Assembly (NCBI RefSeq): GCF_006345805.1
Contig: NC_043000.1
Coordinates: 55,862,001 to 55,926,000, forward strand
DNA from: Octopus sinensis
Taxonomy: Eukaryota
DNA length: 64,000 nt
Direction of reading: 5' to 3'
A program made the translations under genes and the position numbers. This document shows positions 1 through 10,900 of the stretch, piece after piece. The notes under the pieces were generated by a model. The model was not told the origin of the DNA. It saw only the letters and a list, made by a program, of their open reading frames with translations, and did no database searches. The stretch's first letter is position 1. Each line of letters starts with the position of its first letter.

Positions 1-384
1 CTTATTAAATAAGGAATTCGATAAGATATTCAATCTTATCAAATTAATTACTGGTGGATTGGCAGTCATCAGAGCGTCAGGTAAAATATTTTGCGGTATT
101 TCAAATCCCACTGATGTTAACTTTGCCTTTCATTCTTTCGTCTTTCGGGTTCGATAAAATGTTCAGAAATACCGAGCTAGTTAAGTCGATGGTACCCACT
201 ATATCTCTCCTCGCAAAACTGTTGGTTTTGTGCCTGAATCTGAAACCCGGTTTCAAGTCCCGCCGGGATCAAGTTCACGTTTCAATTTTTCGTACTCGAT
301 AAAATGAAGCACCAGTTAAGAACAGAGATTGTTGATATCGACCACAGAACTGTTTTGTATCTTATCATCAAACACCATACAAAA

Positions 385-640
385 AGGCAGCAAGCAGACA
401 GAATCATTTAGCACGCCGGGCAGCATACTTAACGGCATTTCGTCCGACTTTACGTTGTAAGTTCAACTTTACCCGAGGTTGACTTTGCCTTTCGCTTATT
501 CAGAAATAGGCACCTGTCGTGCACTAGAGTCTATGTAATTGACACCTGTCGTGCTCTAGAGTCTATTTAATTGACATCTGTCGTGCACTAGAGTCTATGT
601 AATTGAGTAGTCTTCTCCCCAGCAATTTCAGGCTTGTATG
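385..640 (+). mobile_element. tRNA-derived SINE, family C (Nin-like central domain), interrupted by a 32-bp tandem repeat
   Basis: Head gcagaatcatttagcacgccggg and body gaggttgactttgcctttc match the copies at 6610 and 50119. Ends are approximate. Confidence 0.7.
511..606. repeat. 3 x 32-bp tandem repeat
   Basis: cacctgtcgtgcactagagtctatgtaattga at 511, 543 and 575, with 1-2 substitutions per unit. Confidence 0.95.
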
Positions 641-941
641 TATAGTGTAAAGGGTTATTATTATTAACATATTTTACTTTTTACAGATTTTATAGATTTA
701 TTTTTATTATTATCAGATTTATTTATTTTACAGATTTATTATGAAGCCTGCAGTTTTTGCTTTCAATCCAGAACTCCTCAGCCGCTGATGAATTGTTACT
801 AGGTCTACATCAGCATTTTGGCTTCGGGGAATGTATTGTCCATGCAGGGGCTTCTGGCTCCACCACTCAATTTGTTTCTGCCCGTTCTTTTTTGTAATCT
901 GCTTGATTCCTTTTGCTTGCTTGATTTCAAGTTCCTCATCT

Positions 942-1028
942 ATTATTATTATTATTATTATTATTATATTATTATTATTATTATTGTTGTTGTTGTTGTT
1001 ATTATTGTTGTTGTTGTTGTTGTTGTTT
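942..1028. repeat. (ATT)n/(GTT)n microsatellite
   Basis: Read directly from the sequence. Confidence 0.95.
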
Positions 1029-1171
1029 TATCATTATATTAGTATTGTTTACACGCAAAACCCTCACAACTACACACATTCAAACACATACACACACATT
1101 GTTTTTGCTTTGCGGTTAATAAAGAAATCATTATTATTATTTCTGTTATATTTCGGAATGGTCATTTTGCC

Positions 1172-1175
<4 letters not shown>

Positions 1176-1239
<64 letters not shown>
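1176..1239. repeat. (AAT)n array, 5' flank of the R4/Dong element
   Basis: Read directly; abuts RT-coding sequence at 1240. Confidence 0.95.
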
Positions 1240-1244
<5 letters not shown>

Positions 1245-1392
1245 CATAACTGAAGACAGCCACAGAAAGAAGAAAGGCCTCAGTATGGCCTGGATTGACT
1301 ACAAAAAGGCGTTTGATAGCATCCCCCACACATGGATCCTCGAAACACTAGCCATTAACAAGTAGCACCAACAATCATAAAATTCATAGAGC
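1240..1392 (+). mobile_element. R4/Dong-clade non-LTR retrotransposon, 5' piece (5'-truncated, RT domain)
   Basis: Manual translation gives NITEDSHRKKKGLSMAWIDYKKAFDSIPHTWILETLAIN, then one frameshift and VAPTIIKFIE. This continues as HSMNKWQ at 4639 once the insert is removed. Confidence 0.9.
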
Positions 1393-1556
1393 GCCACAAA
1401 CAGCCAACATGATGTTGTCGAAAGAGCAGCTGCTGAGCAACAATCTTTTTTGTGCATGGCACAAAAGATTGTACAGCAGCTGACCTGGCTTCATCAAACC
1501 CAAGCCCGCAGGTGGGACTACCCACTATATACCAGACCACCACAGCAAACAGACAC

Positions 1557-2679
1557 AGGATGGACACCGCCGGCAACAACGTACACCTCACCTCGATACT
1601 CCTACTGAACATCAGAGGACTGCAAACACTCAGTAACAGGACAAAGATCCTGTTCCTGAGAGACTTTGTTGCATGCAATCAAGCCTTATGCATAGCACTT
1701 ACAGAAACGCACCTGAAACCGGACATAGCAGATGCGGAGTTACACATACCAAAGTATGCTGTACTACGGACCGACAGGACAGAAAGGAGTCATGGAGGTG
1801 TTGCTATGTACATCCGTGAGGACCTCACACCCCAGGTCCTCTTGCCATACTCAAACTCGGTGTGTGACACACTAATTGTACATATTAGGCAACTTGATGT
1901 AGTTGTGTGTGCTACATATCGCCCTCCAGATGCCCCAAGCCATGTGGGCAAGTTTGAAGACTGCCTTATAAAAATAGAAGAAATTCTAACCACATTAGAA
2001 CAACACATAGGTGTGCTTCTTATGGGAGACTTCAATCTGCCCAATGTCAGAGGGCCTTTCTCTCCCAGGAATGACAAGATGTGAACGAGGACAGGCGAGG
2101 TCCCTCCTGAACCTCACAAACACCCTGTACATGGAGCAGGTAATACTCCAACCAACCAGGGCAGGTAACACACTGGATCTCTGCTTCACAAATGACATGG
2201 ATCTCATCCATAATGTGAAAGTGACACCGACACTACTCTCGGATCACAACATGATAGAGCTGACCATGTACGGGCCAAAAGAGAGCACGGACATGCAGCC
2301 TACAAGAAACCCTCAAAATCTTTCCAGCTTGAACTACCATAAGGCAAACTGGAAACAAATTGAGAAAGAGATCCTCAAACAAAACTGGCCTAAATGTCTC
2401 TCCTCGCCAGACATCGACGTGAAACTTCAACAATTCATGTCTGTAATGCAAGCCATATGCTACAAATGTGTCCCAGAGAGAAAGGCCAATGTACACAAGA
2501 ACAAAATCCCCAGAGAGAGGAAACTTTTAATGAGACGGCGTACGAAATTTTCAAATCGCCTAAACAAACAGATTGAAAGCAGTGAAAAGTCCCGCCTAAA
2601 AATAAAACTGTTGGAAATCGAAAAATGTCTGCAACTCTCCCATGAAAAAGAAAGAGCAGACAAAGAAGCCTGGCTATAG
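1557..2679 (+). pseudogene. LINE ORF2 apurinic endonuclease and linker region, frameshifted
   Basis: LLNIRGL, LTETHL, GGVAMY, TYRPP, MGDFNLP in ORF 1452-2084. GNTLDL and SDHNMI in ORF 2011-2679. Frameshift near 2050. Confidence 0.9.
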
Positions 2680-2734
2680 AAAACATAAAATCTAACCCCA
2701 GAGCTTTCTACAGGTATGCCAAGAAACGGCTACA

Positions 2735-4546
2735 GTGCACTGTAGAATAGGGCCACTCCTCGAAAAGGATAGCACACTTACAGGAAAACCAATGAGGCTA
2801 AGTGAAATACTGAATGAGCAATTCAAGAGTGTTTTCACTCCACCCCTTGGGCATCTCCAAATCACCAATCCAACTGACTTTTTTACCACTGCAGATATAA
2901 AATCAGAGGCGGCGACGATAGATTACATCGATATAAAGGAAGACGATGTAACCAAGGCTATAGATGAAATGAAAACAGACTCAGCTACTGGCCCCGATGG
3001 ATTCCCGGCAATCCTCCTAAAAGCATGTAAGAGAGTCCTAGCAAGACCACTGCAGTTCCTCTTTCAGAGCTTCCTTGCAGCTGGCAAACTTCCAGGAAAA
3101 CTGAAGGAAGGTAAAATATGCCCCATTCATAAAGGAGGTAGCAGAGCGGAAGCCAAGAACTATAGACCTATCTCTCTGACCTCACACATCAGCAAGGTCA
3201 TGGAACGAATAGTCAGAAGGAAGCTGATTACCTTCCTTGAAGAGAATGACTTGCTGCCCGACACCCAACATGGTTTCCGACCAGGGAGAAGCTGTTTAAC
3301 TCAGCTCCTACAACACTATGACTGGGTGCTGAAACGGCTGCTCAACCACTCAAATGTGGAAGTGATATATCTCGACTTTGCAAAGGCCTTTGATAAAGTC
3401 GATCATGGAATGATATGTCACAAACTGCGTGATCTCAACATAGTTGGAAAACTGGGAGAATGGCTTCATGACTTTCTGAAGGATAGAAGTCAGGTGGTAG
3501 TAGCCAATGGGGCCACCTCCATTAACACACAAATAGTGAGCGGTGTTCCGCAGGGCACTGTTCTGGGACCACTACTGTTCATAATGGCCCTCTCCGACAT
3601 GCCCTCAGCCACGCAGAGAGCCACGATCACAAGTTATGCAGATGATACAAAAGTTTCACAGGCAATACAGAACCCTGAGGACACTAAACACCTGCAATGT
3701 GAGCTGGACGAAATATACAAGTGGGCTGAAAAGAATAGCATGCAGTTCAATGCTGGAAAGTTTCAAGCTTTATACTATCAGCATGCAAAACTGAATGCAA
3801 TACCCAATGAATACACTGGACCCGGAGGGATTGCAATCCCAGAGGCACAATCAGTGCGTGACCTGGGTATTCACATGAGTGATGCCGCGACCTTTCATGT
3901 ACATGTTGCTAAACTGACAATGAAATGTAGACGGCTGGCTGGATGGATTCTTAGAACCTTTAGAACAAGAGAACAAGAAACCATGATGGTCCTCTGGAAG
4001 ACACTTGTCCTAAGCCACTTTGACTATTGCTCTCAGCTATGGTCACCATCCAGTGTCACGTTGATCACAGAACTTGAGGCGATCCAACGAAGCTACACAA
4101 AGAAGATAGCCTCTATGCAGAATGTAAGCTACTGGGAAAGACTCAAGAGATTAAAATTATATTCCCTGGAGCGTAGGCGGGAAAGATATGCCATAATATA
4201 CATCTGGAAGATCCTGGAGGGAAGTGTCCTGAACTTTGGCATCGAGAGTTACGCAAATGCCAGAACTGGGCGCCACTGCGTGGTGCCTAGGACTCCAAAC
4301 CTGCCATCAAGATGTAGGACAAGATTCTGTGATAGCCTGGGCTTCCGAGGCCCACAGCTCTTCAATATCCTCCCGAAGAACCTGAGAGACCTGCATGGGG
4401 TGGATACAGATGTCTTTAAAATGAAGCTGGATCTCTTCCTGTCAGGTGTCCCAGATGAACCAACTTCACGGCAGGAGGGGCAGATGAGGGCAGCTGCATC
4501 GAACTCTCTCATGCACCAAATAGCAGTTGCTAGAAAGCCCCCATGA
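2735..4546 (+). CDS. LINE ORF2 reverse transcriptase, 603-aa open segment separated from the APE part by frameshifts
   Basis: GPDG, NYRPISLTS, QHGFRPGRSC, YLDFAKAFDKVDH, SGVPQGTVLGP, YADDTK, RDLG, SLERRR. Confidence 0.92.
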   Translation: MHCRIGPLLEKDSTLTGKPMRLSEILNEQFKSVFTPPLGHLQITNPTDFFTTADIKSEAATIDYIDIKEDDVTKAIDEMKTDSATGPDGFPAILLKACKRVLARPLQFLFQSFLAAGKLPGKLKEGKICPIHKGGSRAEAKNYRPISLTSHISKVMERIVRRKLITFLEENDLLPDTQHGFRPGRSCLTQLLQHYDWVLKRLLNHSNVEVIYLDFAKAFDKVDHGMICHKLRDLNIVGKLGEWLHDFLKDRSQVVVANGATSINTQIVSGVPQGTVLGPLLFIMALSDMPSATQRATITSYADDTKVSQAIQNPEDTKHLQCELDEIYKWAEKNSMQFNAGKFQALYYQHAKLNAIPNEYTGPGGIAIPEAQSVRDLGIHMSDAATFHVHVAKLTMKCRRLAGWILRTFRTREQETMMVLWKTLVLSHFDYCSQLWSPSSVTLITELEAIQRSYTKKIASMQNVSYWERLKRLKLYSLERRRERYAIIYIWKILEGSVLNFGIESYANARTGRHCVVPRTPNLPSRCRTRFCDSLGFRGPQLFNILPKNLRDLHGVDTDVFKMKLDLFLSGVPDEPTSRQEGQMRAAASNSLMHQIAVARKPP

Positions 4547-4634
4547 AGTGAAACCAAGTAGCAACACCAAATGGCGGTGCCCCAGCATGACCACAGCTCA
4601 TAAGCTGAAACTAGAATCAATCAATCAATCAATC

Positions 4635-6512
4635 AGAGCACTCTATGAATAAATGGCAAACAGTCCTACACCTCCAAACAAAAGAGGGACTCATGAAAAC
4701 CAAAGACATCCCCATTAGAAGAGGAATATTCCAGGGAGACACGCTCTCTCCACTCCTTTTCTGCTTGGCACTGTCACATCTATCTGATATGCTAAATAGA
4801 ACTGGATGCGGATATAAATGTTACGGCAAAACGATCAGCCACCTTTTATATATGGATGACCTAAAACTATACGCTGCAAATGACAGACAGCTGGAAACAC
4901 TATTAAAGACAGTTCATGGATTTACCAAAGAAATAGATATGAAATTTGGATTAGAAAAATGCGCCAAAGTAACCATGAAAAGAGGAAAACTAGTTAAGAG
5001 TAACAACATCACACTAGATAAAACCAATGAAATAAAAGAATTAGACCAAAGCCAAACTTACAAATACTTAGGAATCCATGAACTAGATAAGACACAACAC
5101 ACACAAATGAAAGAGAAAATAAAAAAAAGAATATTATAGACGAGTTAGATCAATACTAAACACAGAGCTCAATGCTAAAAACAAGATAATAGGTATCAAC
5201 ACTTTAGCTGTCCCAGTTATAAGTTACAGCTACAATATCCTTAACTGGACACGAAATGAACTGACCAAAATAGATAGGAAAACAAGAAAAATAATGACAG
5301 GATCTAGGATGCATCACCCAAAATCTGACATAGAAAGACTATATATACAACGTATAGAAGGTGGTAGAGGCCTTATACAGCTGGAAAACTACTATAAAAT
5401 AACCACCATAGGACTGCAAAAATATCTACTTCAGAAGGAAGGAAAACTGATCCAGATAGCGGCAAAACACGAGCAAAACAAAAAACTGTTCTCAGTATTT
5501 AAGGAAGCTGACAAATACAAACAAGAAAGCATACCACCTAATAAACATGAAGAAAAAGAAGAATATGAAGAAACAACAAAAGCTATAAAACAAATGAAAT
5601 CCAAACTAAAAATAGAACAGCAACGAACCATGATAAAACGATGGCAAGAAAAGCCCCTTCATGGTAAATACTGCACTAAACTAAACGCAAAAGAAATAGA
5701 CAAAGAAAAATCCCAGCAATGGTTGAGAAGCTCAGGACTCAAAGCAGAGACAGAGGGATTTTTAATTGCAGCACAAGACCAAAGCCTCCCCACCAGAAAT
5801 TACCAAAAACATGTAATGAAAAGAAATATTACAAGTAACTGCAGAATATGTGGAGATGGACAAGAAACAATAAATCATATTATCTCTAGCTGCCCAGTCC
5901 TGGCTAAGAAGGAATATATTCACAGACATGACAGAGTTGGAACTTACATACATTGGAAGCTATGCCAACATTATGGAATAACAACAGAAAAAAGATGGTA
6001 TAGGCACACACCAGAAAAGGTCACAGAAAACGAGAAAGCAACCATACTCTGGGATATGCCGATACACACAGATAGAGAAATTAAGGCCAACAGACCAGAT
6101 ATAGTTGTCAGAGACCATGAAGAAAAAAAATGCTTTCTAATTGATGTATCAATACCGGCTGATGACAACGTGTCTCTAAACGAAATGGAGAAACTCTCAA
6201 AATACAAAGACCTGGAAATAGAGGTAACTAGAATGTGGAATCTGAAAACAGAAACAATTCCTATCATAGTAGGTGCATTAGGCATGATAAAAAAATATTC
6301 AGACAAATACATAACAAAAACACCAGGACTTACAAACACATATAACATACAGAAAATTGCACTACTAGGCACTGCACACATCCTACGCAGAACACTTTCC
6401 ATACAATAACCATCAGAGCATCACAACAAATCACAGCACATACCCAAGGCACACAGAGCTGCGCTCGGTAGTGAAGTGAAAGCACGCTATAAAAATAAAA
6501 ATAAAACTACTG
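4635..6512 (+). mobile_element. R4/Dong-clade retrotransposon, 3' piece: RT end, CCHC finger, restriction-like endonuclease, 3' UTR
   Basis: GIFQGDTLSPLLF, LYMDDLKLY, YKYLG; +1 frameshift in the A-run near 5125; CRICGDGQETINHIISSC; RHDRV; RPDIVV-x-LIDVSIP (PD-D/ExK). Ends actactg followed by (AAT)n. Confidence 0.93.
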
Positions 6513-6543
6513 AATAATAATAATAATAATAATGATGATGATG

Positions 6544-6607
<64 letters not shown>
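6513..6607. repeat. (AAT)n/(GAT)n array, 3' flank of the R4/Dong element
   Basis: Read directly from the sequence. Confidence 0.95.
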
Positions 6608-6609
<2 letters not shown>

Positions 6610-6610
<1 letters not shown>

Positions 6611-6820
6611 GGCGATCTGTCAGAATAGTTAGCACATCGAGCAAAATGCCTAACGGAATTTCGTCTGTCTACGTTCAGAGTTCAAGTTTCGCCAAGATTA
6701 ACTTTGCCTTTCATCCTTTGGGGACGATAAAATAAGTACCAGTTGTGTAATGGGTTTGATGTAATCGACTATCCTCCTCCCCACGATTTTTCAGGCATTG
6801 TACCTATAATAGAAAGGATT
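6610..6820 (+). mobile_element. tRNA-derived SINE, family C
   Basis: ggcgatctgtcagaatagttagcac...gagttcaagttt...aactttgcctttcatcctttggggacgataaaataagtaccagt. Confidence 0.8.
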
Positions 6821-7826
6821 AGTGTTGTTGTTGTTGTAGTCGTTGCTTATTGAAATTATTATTGAAATCATTATTATTGATGTAAGAAATCTTTATTGAC
6901 ATATATTTCCCTTTGCTTTCTCTTTCTATTGTTCGCAGATATGAAATACCTGACAGTTGACCAAATGTGTTCTATTGATTAAGAAATGTTTGAAAACAAC
7001 TGTGCCATTTTATGAAACTGGCAACAAACTATTATTTGTCAGATATTTTTAACCTTCTGTTTTAGGTACACTTATAATACTTGGAGCTTTTGACCTGCTA
7101 TTCATGTAACATGATTTGAATTGAATAAATCAAGTAATAAAGAAATAAAGACATTTTAAAGTTTTGTAAAAGATTTCCGAGACAGTATCTTAAGAAAACC
7201 TAGTTTTTATCATTTTTTGCTTCATTTAACTCTTTCATCGTTCAAGAATTCAACGTACAAACACTGCAGCCTACATAAACGTGTGTGTGCGTACATAGAG
7301 ACTCAAGTACATACGCTCACACAAAACATCATATAAGCACAAACATTCGCTCCATTCAATTTTAATTGGCAGCAAGTTACAAGGGCAGTTTGTAAATAGT
7401 CAAATCAGTTTATGTATGTATGTGTTTATACGTGTGTGTATGTATGTGTGCGTACCCGCGTATGTGTGTGTAATATATGATATAAGATATATAATATTTA
7501 AATTTATAATATATGCATATATATATATATATATATATAATTTAAAATCTTCAAGAAAATATTATGGAACAACAATTCTTTTATAGAAAGATGAATCGCC
7601 AAGGAGATGAAACTATAAATAATTGCGATTAAATATTGGATTAATACACGTCTGTGGTGCTTACAGACATGTAGGTTCGACTCCCAAGGGGTGGCCTTCG
7701 ATATTTTTTATACAAAATTTTGTTTTAAGCCAATATTAACACGCTATTATTTATAGCTTTACTTCTTTCATGTTTTACTGCCCCCCCCCTAAAAAAGAGT
7801 CCAATGAATAAGTGTATAATATATAT

Positions 7827-7987
7827 AGACGCAGGTGTGGGTGTGTAGTAAAAAGCTCGCTTCCCAACATGGCTCTGGGTTCAGTCCCACTGCGTGGCAC
7901 CTTGGACAAGTGTCTTCTACTATAACCTCAAGCTAACCAAAGCCTTGTGAGTCGATTTGCTTGGCGGAAACTGAAAGAAGACCGTCG
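7827..7987 (+). mobile_element. tRNA-derived SINE, family A (5' half only)
   Basis: A/B-box-like head (gggttcagtccc), gtggcaccttggacaagtgtc, gaaactgaaagaagaccgtcg, then (TA)n. Confidence 0.85.
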
Positions 7988-10900
7988 TATATATATATAT
8001 ATATATATAATAAATATTAGGGAATAAATCCAAATTTACAGGGAAAAAATCAGAATTAAAGAACATTGACTCTCTTCGTCCCCACTATACAGTTTTAGTC
8101 AGTTCCACTGACCCTACGATGCAGAATGATAGTGTTTACATGTATTTACATATGAAAATAATGGATAGTGGCGCTGACATATGATTGACAGAGCAAATAA
8201 GCGAAGCAGCATTAATCATATTATTTTCACATCCAAATCTTCTTACTGCTTAATGTTAAATAGTATTTTCTATAAGCTCCAATCTTTCAGTACCAACCAC
8301 AAGCAACTATCTAACATATTCCATAACATTAGTGACACACCAATCTTCCCATCTTAAATTATTATGTTGTTGCTTTTTACGGCATTGTTTCTTTGTTTTT
8401 CTAGATTGTTTTCAGTTTTTTTTTATTAAATCTTTTCTTAAATAACGTGGAATTGATTAAAGAATTTTCAATTTATCAGTATATCTTCTATTCTCAGATT
8501 TAACCAAATAGAATGGTAAAAAAGACATCTAATTATTATGTGGAAAAATAAAAATTATAAACTAGAAAGAGTGAGAAAGAGAGAAATATTTGAAGATTTC
8601 GAAAACATTTACTGCAAAAGGAGATAAAAATATGCTTCAAAATTTATGGCCTTCATCCTAGACAATACTATTTTGGTCTTTATGATAATAAATTTTAATT
8701 AAAACACAATCAAACGATATTAAGTTAAATTACACATAGATTAGATTGAGGGAAAGACGTAGAGAGGTGGAGACACGGAGATATGAGAGAGAAAAAGAGA
8801 ATTAAAGAATCACAGAGGTACAAAGATTGAGAGTGAATTATTAAAATTGTTCAGTACTTTCTTTAACACATCTTCGCAATCGCCTCAAAGATACTTGTTT
8901 TAATTCTTCTCCTTTGTCTTCGAAGAACAATCTGATATTTTTCTCATAAATACATTTTAATAGAGTTTATTTGACAGTTTAAAACAGAAAATCTCGGTAT
9001 AAATTTTAAAAGTAATAACAACTTAATAGAATATATTTCCTCACCAAAAATCTGCACATATGATCCTTTTGATAAAAACAAAATTGAGAAACTTCAAAGT
9101 TTCTAATGCTATTAAATCTATTTTTCATATGTATGTGTTTCTGATCGTGCTAAAGTATGTGTGGGCTATGTTTTATATTGCATTTACATACTTCATCTAC
9201 GTATGTACGTACGCTCACGTATTTGTGCATACGTATGCATTTCTTCAGGTTGTGTGTTTGTATCTGCATGTATTTCCGTATGTGCATACGTGGGTGTATA
9301 GTTTCATCATATGTCAATATGTTTATGCTTACGCATAAGTGTGACTATGTGTGCTTCTAGTATATTGAGCATTGTATCTGTTTCTAGACTGGGATTTTTT
9401 TCGAATACTAACAAGATAGGTGATGATGTGTCAGAAAAGAAATAACACTCGCTGACGTCTGAAAGGAAAAGAAGTTTCTCTGAATAATCAGATATTCAAA
9501 GAAAATATCTAAATTCTGAAGATTCTGGAGCTGCAAATTTCAGTCAATTGCAAGCATATCAAATTATAAGCATATCTATGGTCTTGATAAGATCACGCCT
9601 GTCACTCTTTCATTGATAACTGGAGAAATAGTAAATGTATAAGATGTTAAACATCTAACCAGCTTTGTTTTGATCGCCAGTATCTTTTTAAAAAACTGTC
9701 TAGATCGAATGATCTTATAAGGAAATAAGAATTGGAGAATACGAAACACAATTTCTATGCATATATTTTTTTATATTCTACCGAATTGCGCATATTGAAA
9801 TCAAACGAACAACTGTTATATCGTATGATATTAGCCATCATGATAGAATCAGGCAGACAATGGTCGGTTAATAATATTTTACTACTTTGTCCTCAGAAAT
9901 GTATTATATCTAAAGCGAAGACAGCTCTAAAATGGCTTATGTGGTAGGAACAACTAATTGATGTAAAACAACATTCTACAGTACCTAGTCAACAAGGGAG
10001 TTTCTACGTCGTCCCTCCACCTGCTAGAAATAAAGGTTAATATCCATCAAATCACATCCCTTAAAAGAAGAAACGACACATTAGATAATGTACATCAATA
10101 TATCTTTAAAATGACAGAATATTCACAGCTTAGTTTTTGTATCTGAGACTTGTTAAAGTAAAGTAGAACATTGCAACACTGTGCACTTGATGAGAGTATA
10201 ACGTCAATTTACGACACTAAGTTCAACTCTTCACTTTAAGTATTTTAGAAAATTACCTATTCTGGCAAGGTGACATGCCATCATTGATAATTACCTGGTA
10301 ATTTGCACAGTAATCCCTTGATACTTTGTCATCCCCTGATAATCTGCATGAGGACAAAGTCTTCAAAGATAATCTCAGTAGACAAAGCATTATGGAACTT
10401 GCCAAAATGATAAGAAACGATATGTAATATATCTCTCTTTTGAAACTACGTATAATGACTATCGTTCTTTTTTATAACGTTAACGGAGCTGAATGAAAAA
10501 ATACTGCAAAGATAGTCTTTACTTGCAAGTGAGTATAACTTGGTAACATGCAGCATACCTTTGCTAATCATTTTATGCGCCTTTGTAGTCACGAGCAGAT
10601 ATGAACATGTTACTCTTGTTACTCTCACCCTTGACTCAACAGAAGATCCACAATTTGACATTTGGAAGAAGAGAGTGCTGCACGGTATCCAGTTAGTACA
10701 TATCTACAACTGACTGTACCTGACTAGTAATACACTAACTTCTGTCTTACTGTCGCTGGTAGCTCCACAAGACACCGACTAGAACTGTCGACTCTCGACC
10801 CTCTCTTGAGGGGTGGTCTATTTATAATGGTAGTCCCTACTCCTTTTTTACCGGGAAGGATATAAAGGTTCACTATACAACAAACTAAAACAGCAAAGCT

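Larger units (their letters stand above)
1393..4634 (+). mobile_element. CR1/L2-group LINE (APE + RT), 5'-truncated, (AATC)n tail, nested in the R4 element
   Basis: APE and RT motifs; (AATC)5 tail at 4615-4634; AGAGC duplicated at 1388-1392 and 4635-4639. Confidence 0.93.

Noticed and set aside
511-606. 32-bp repeats as a CRISPR array
   Set aside because: Units are contiguous with no spacers; no cas genes; eukaryotic context.
784-814. gctgatga...catcagc as a hammerhead or C/D box
   Set aside because: The CUGAUGA is consumed in a simple 7-bp stem, and there is no GAAA or stem III.
818-1253. ORFs rich in Y/I/V/L/N runs
   Set aside because: Translations of (ATT)n, (GTT)n and (AAT)n.
1355-4620. 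Antisense ORFs over the LINE, and plus-strand ORFs over Tx1 at 26451-28095
   Set aside because: Shadow frames of retrotransposon coding sequence.
10584-10879. Possible solo LTR (TGTA...TACA, minus-strand TATAAATA)
   Set aside because: Only 4 bp of terminal inversion, no TSD, no clear poly(A) signal and no second copy in the window.
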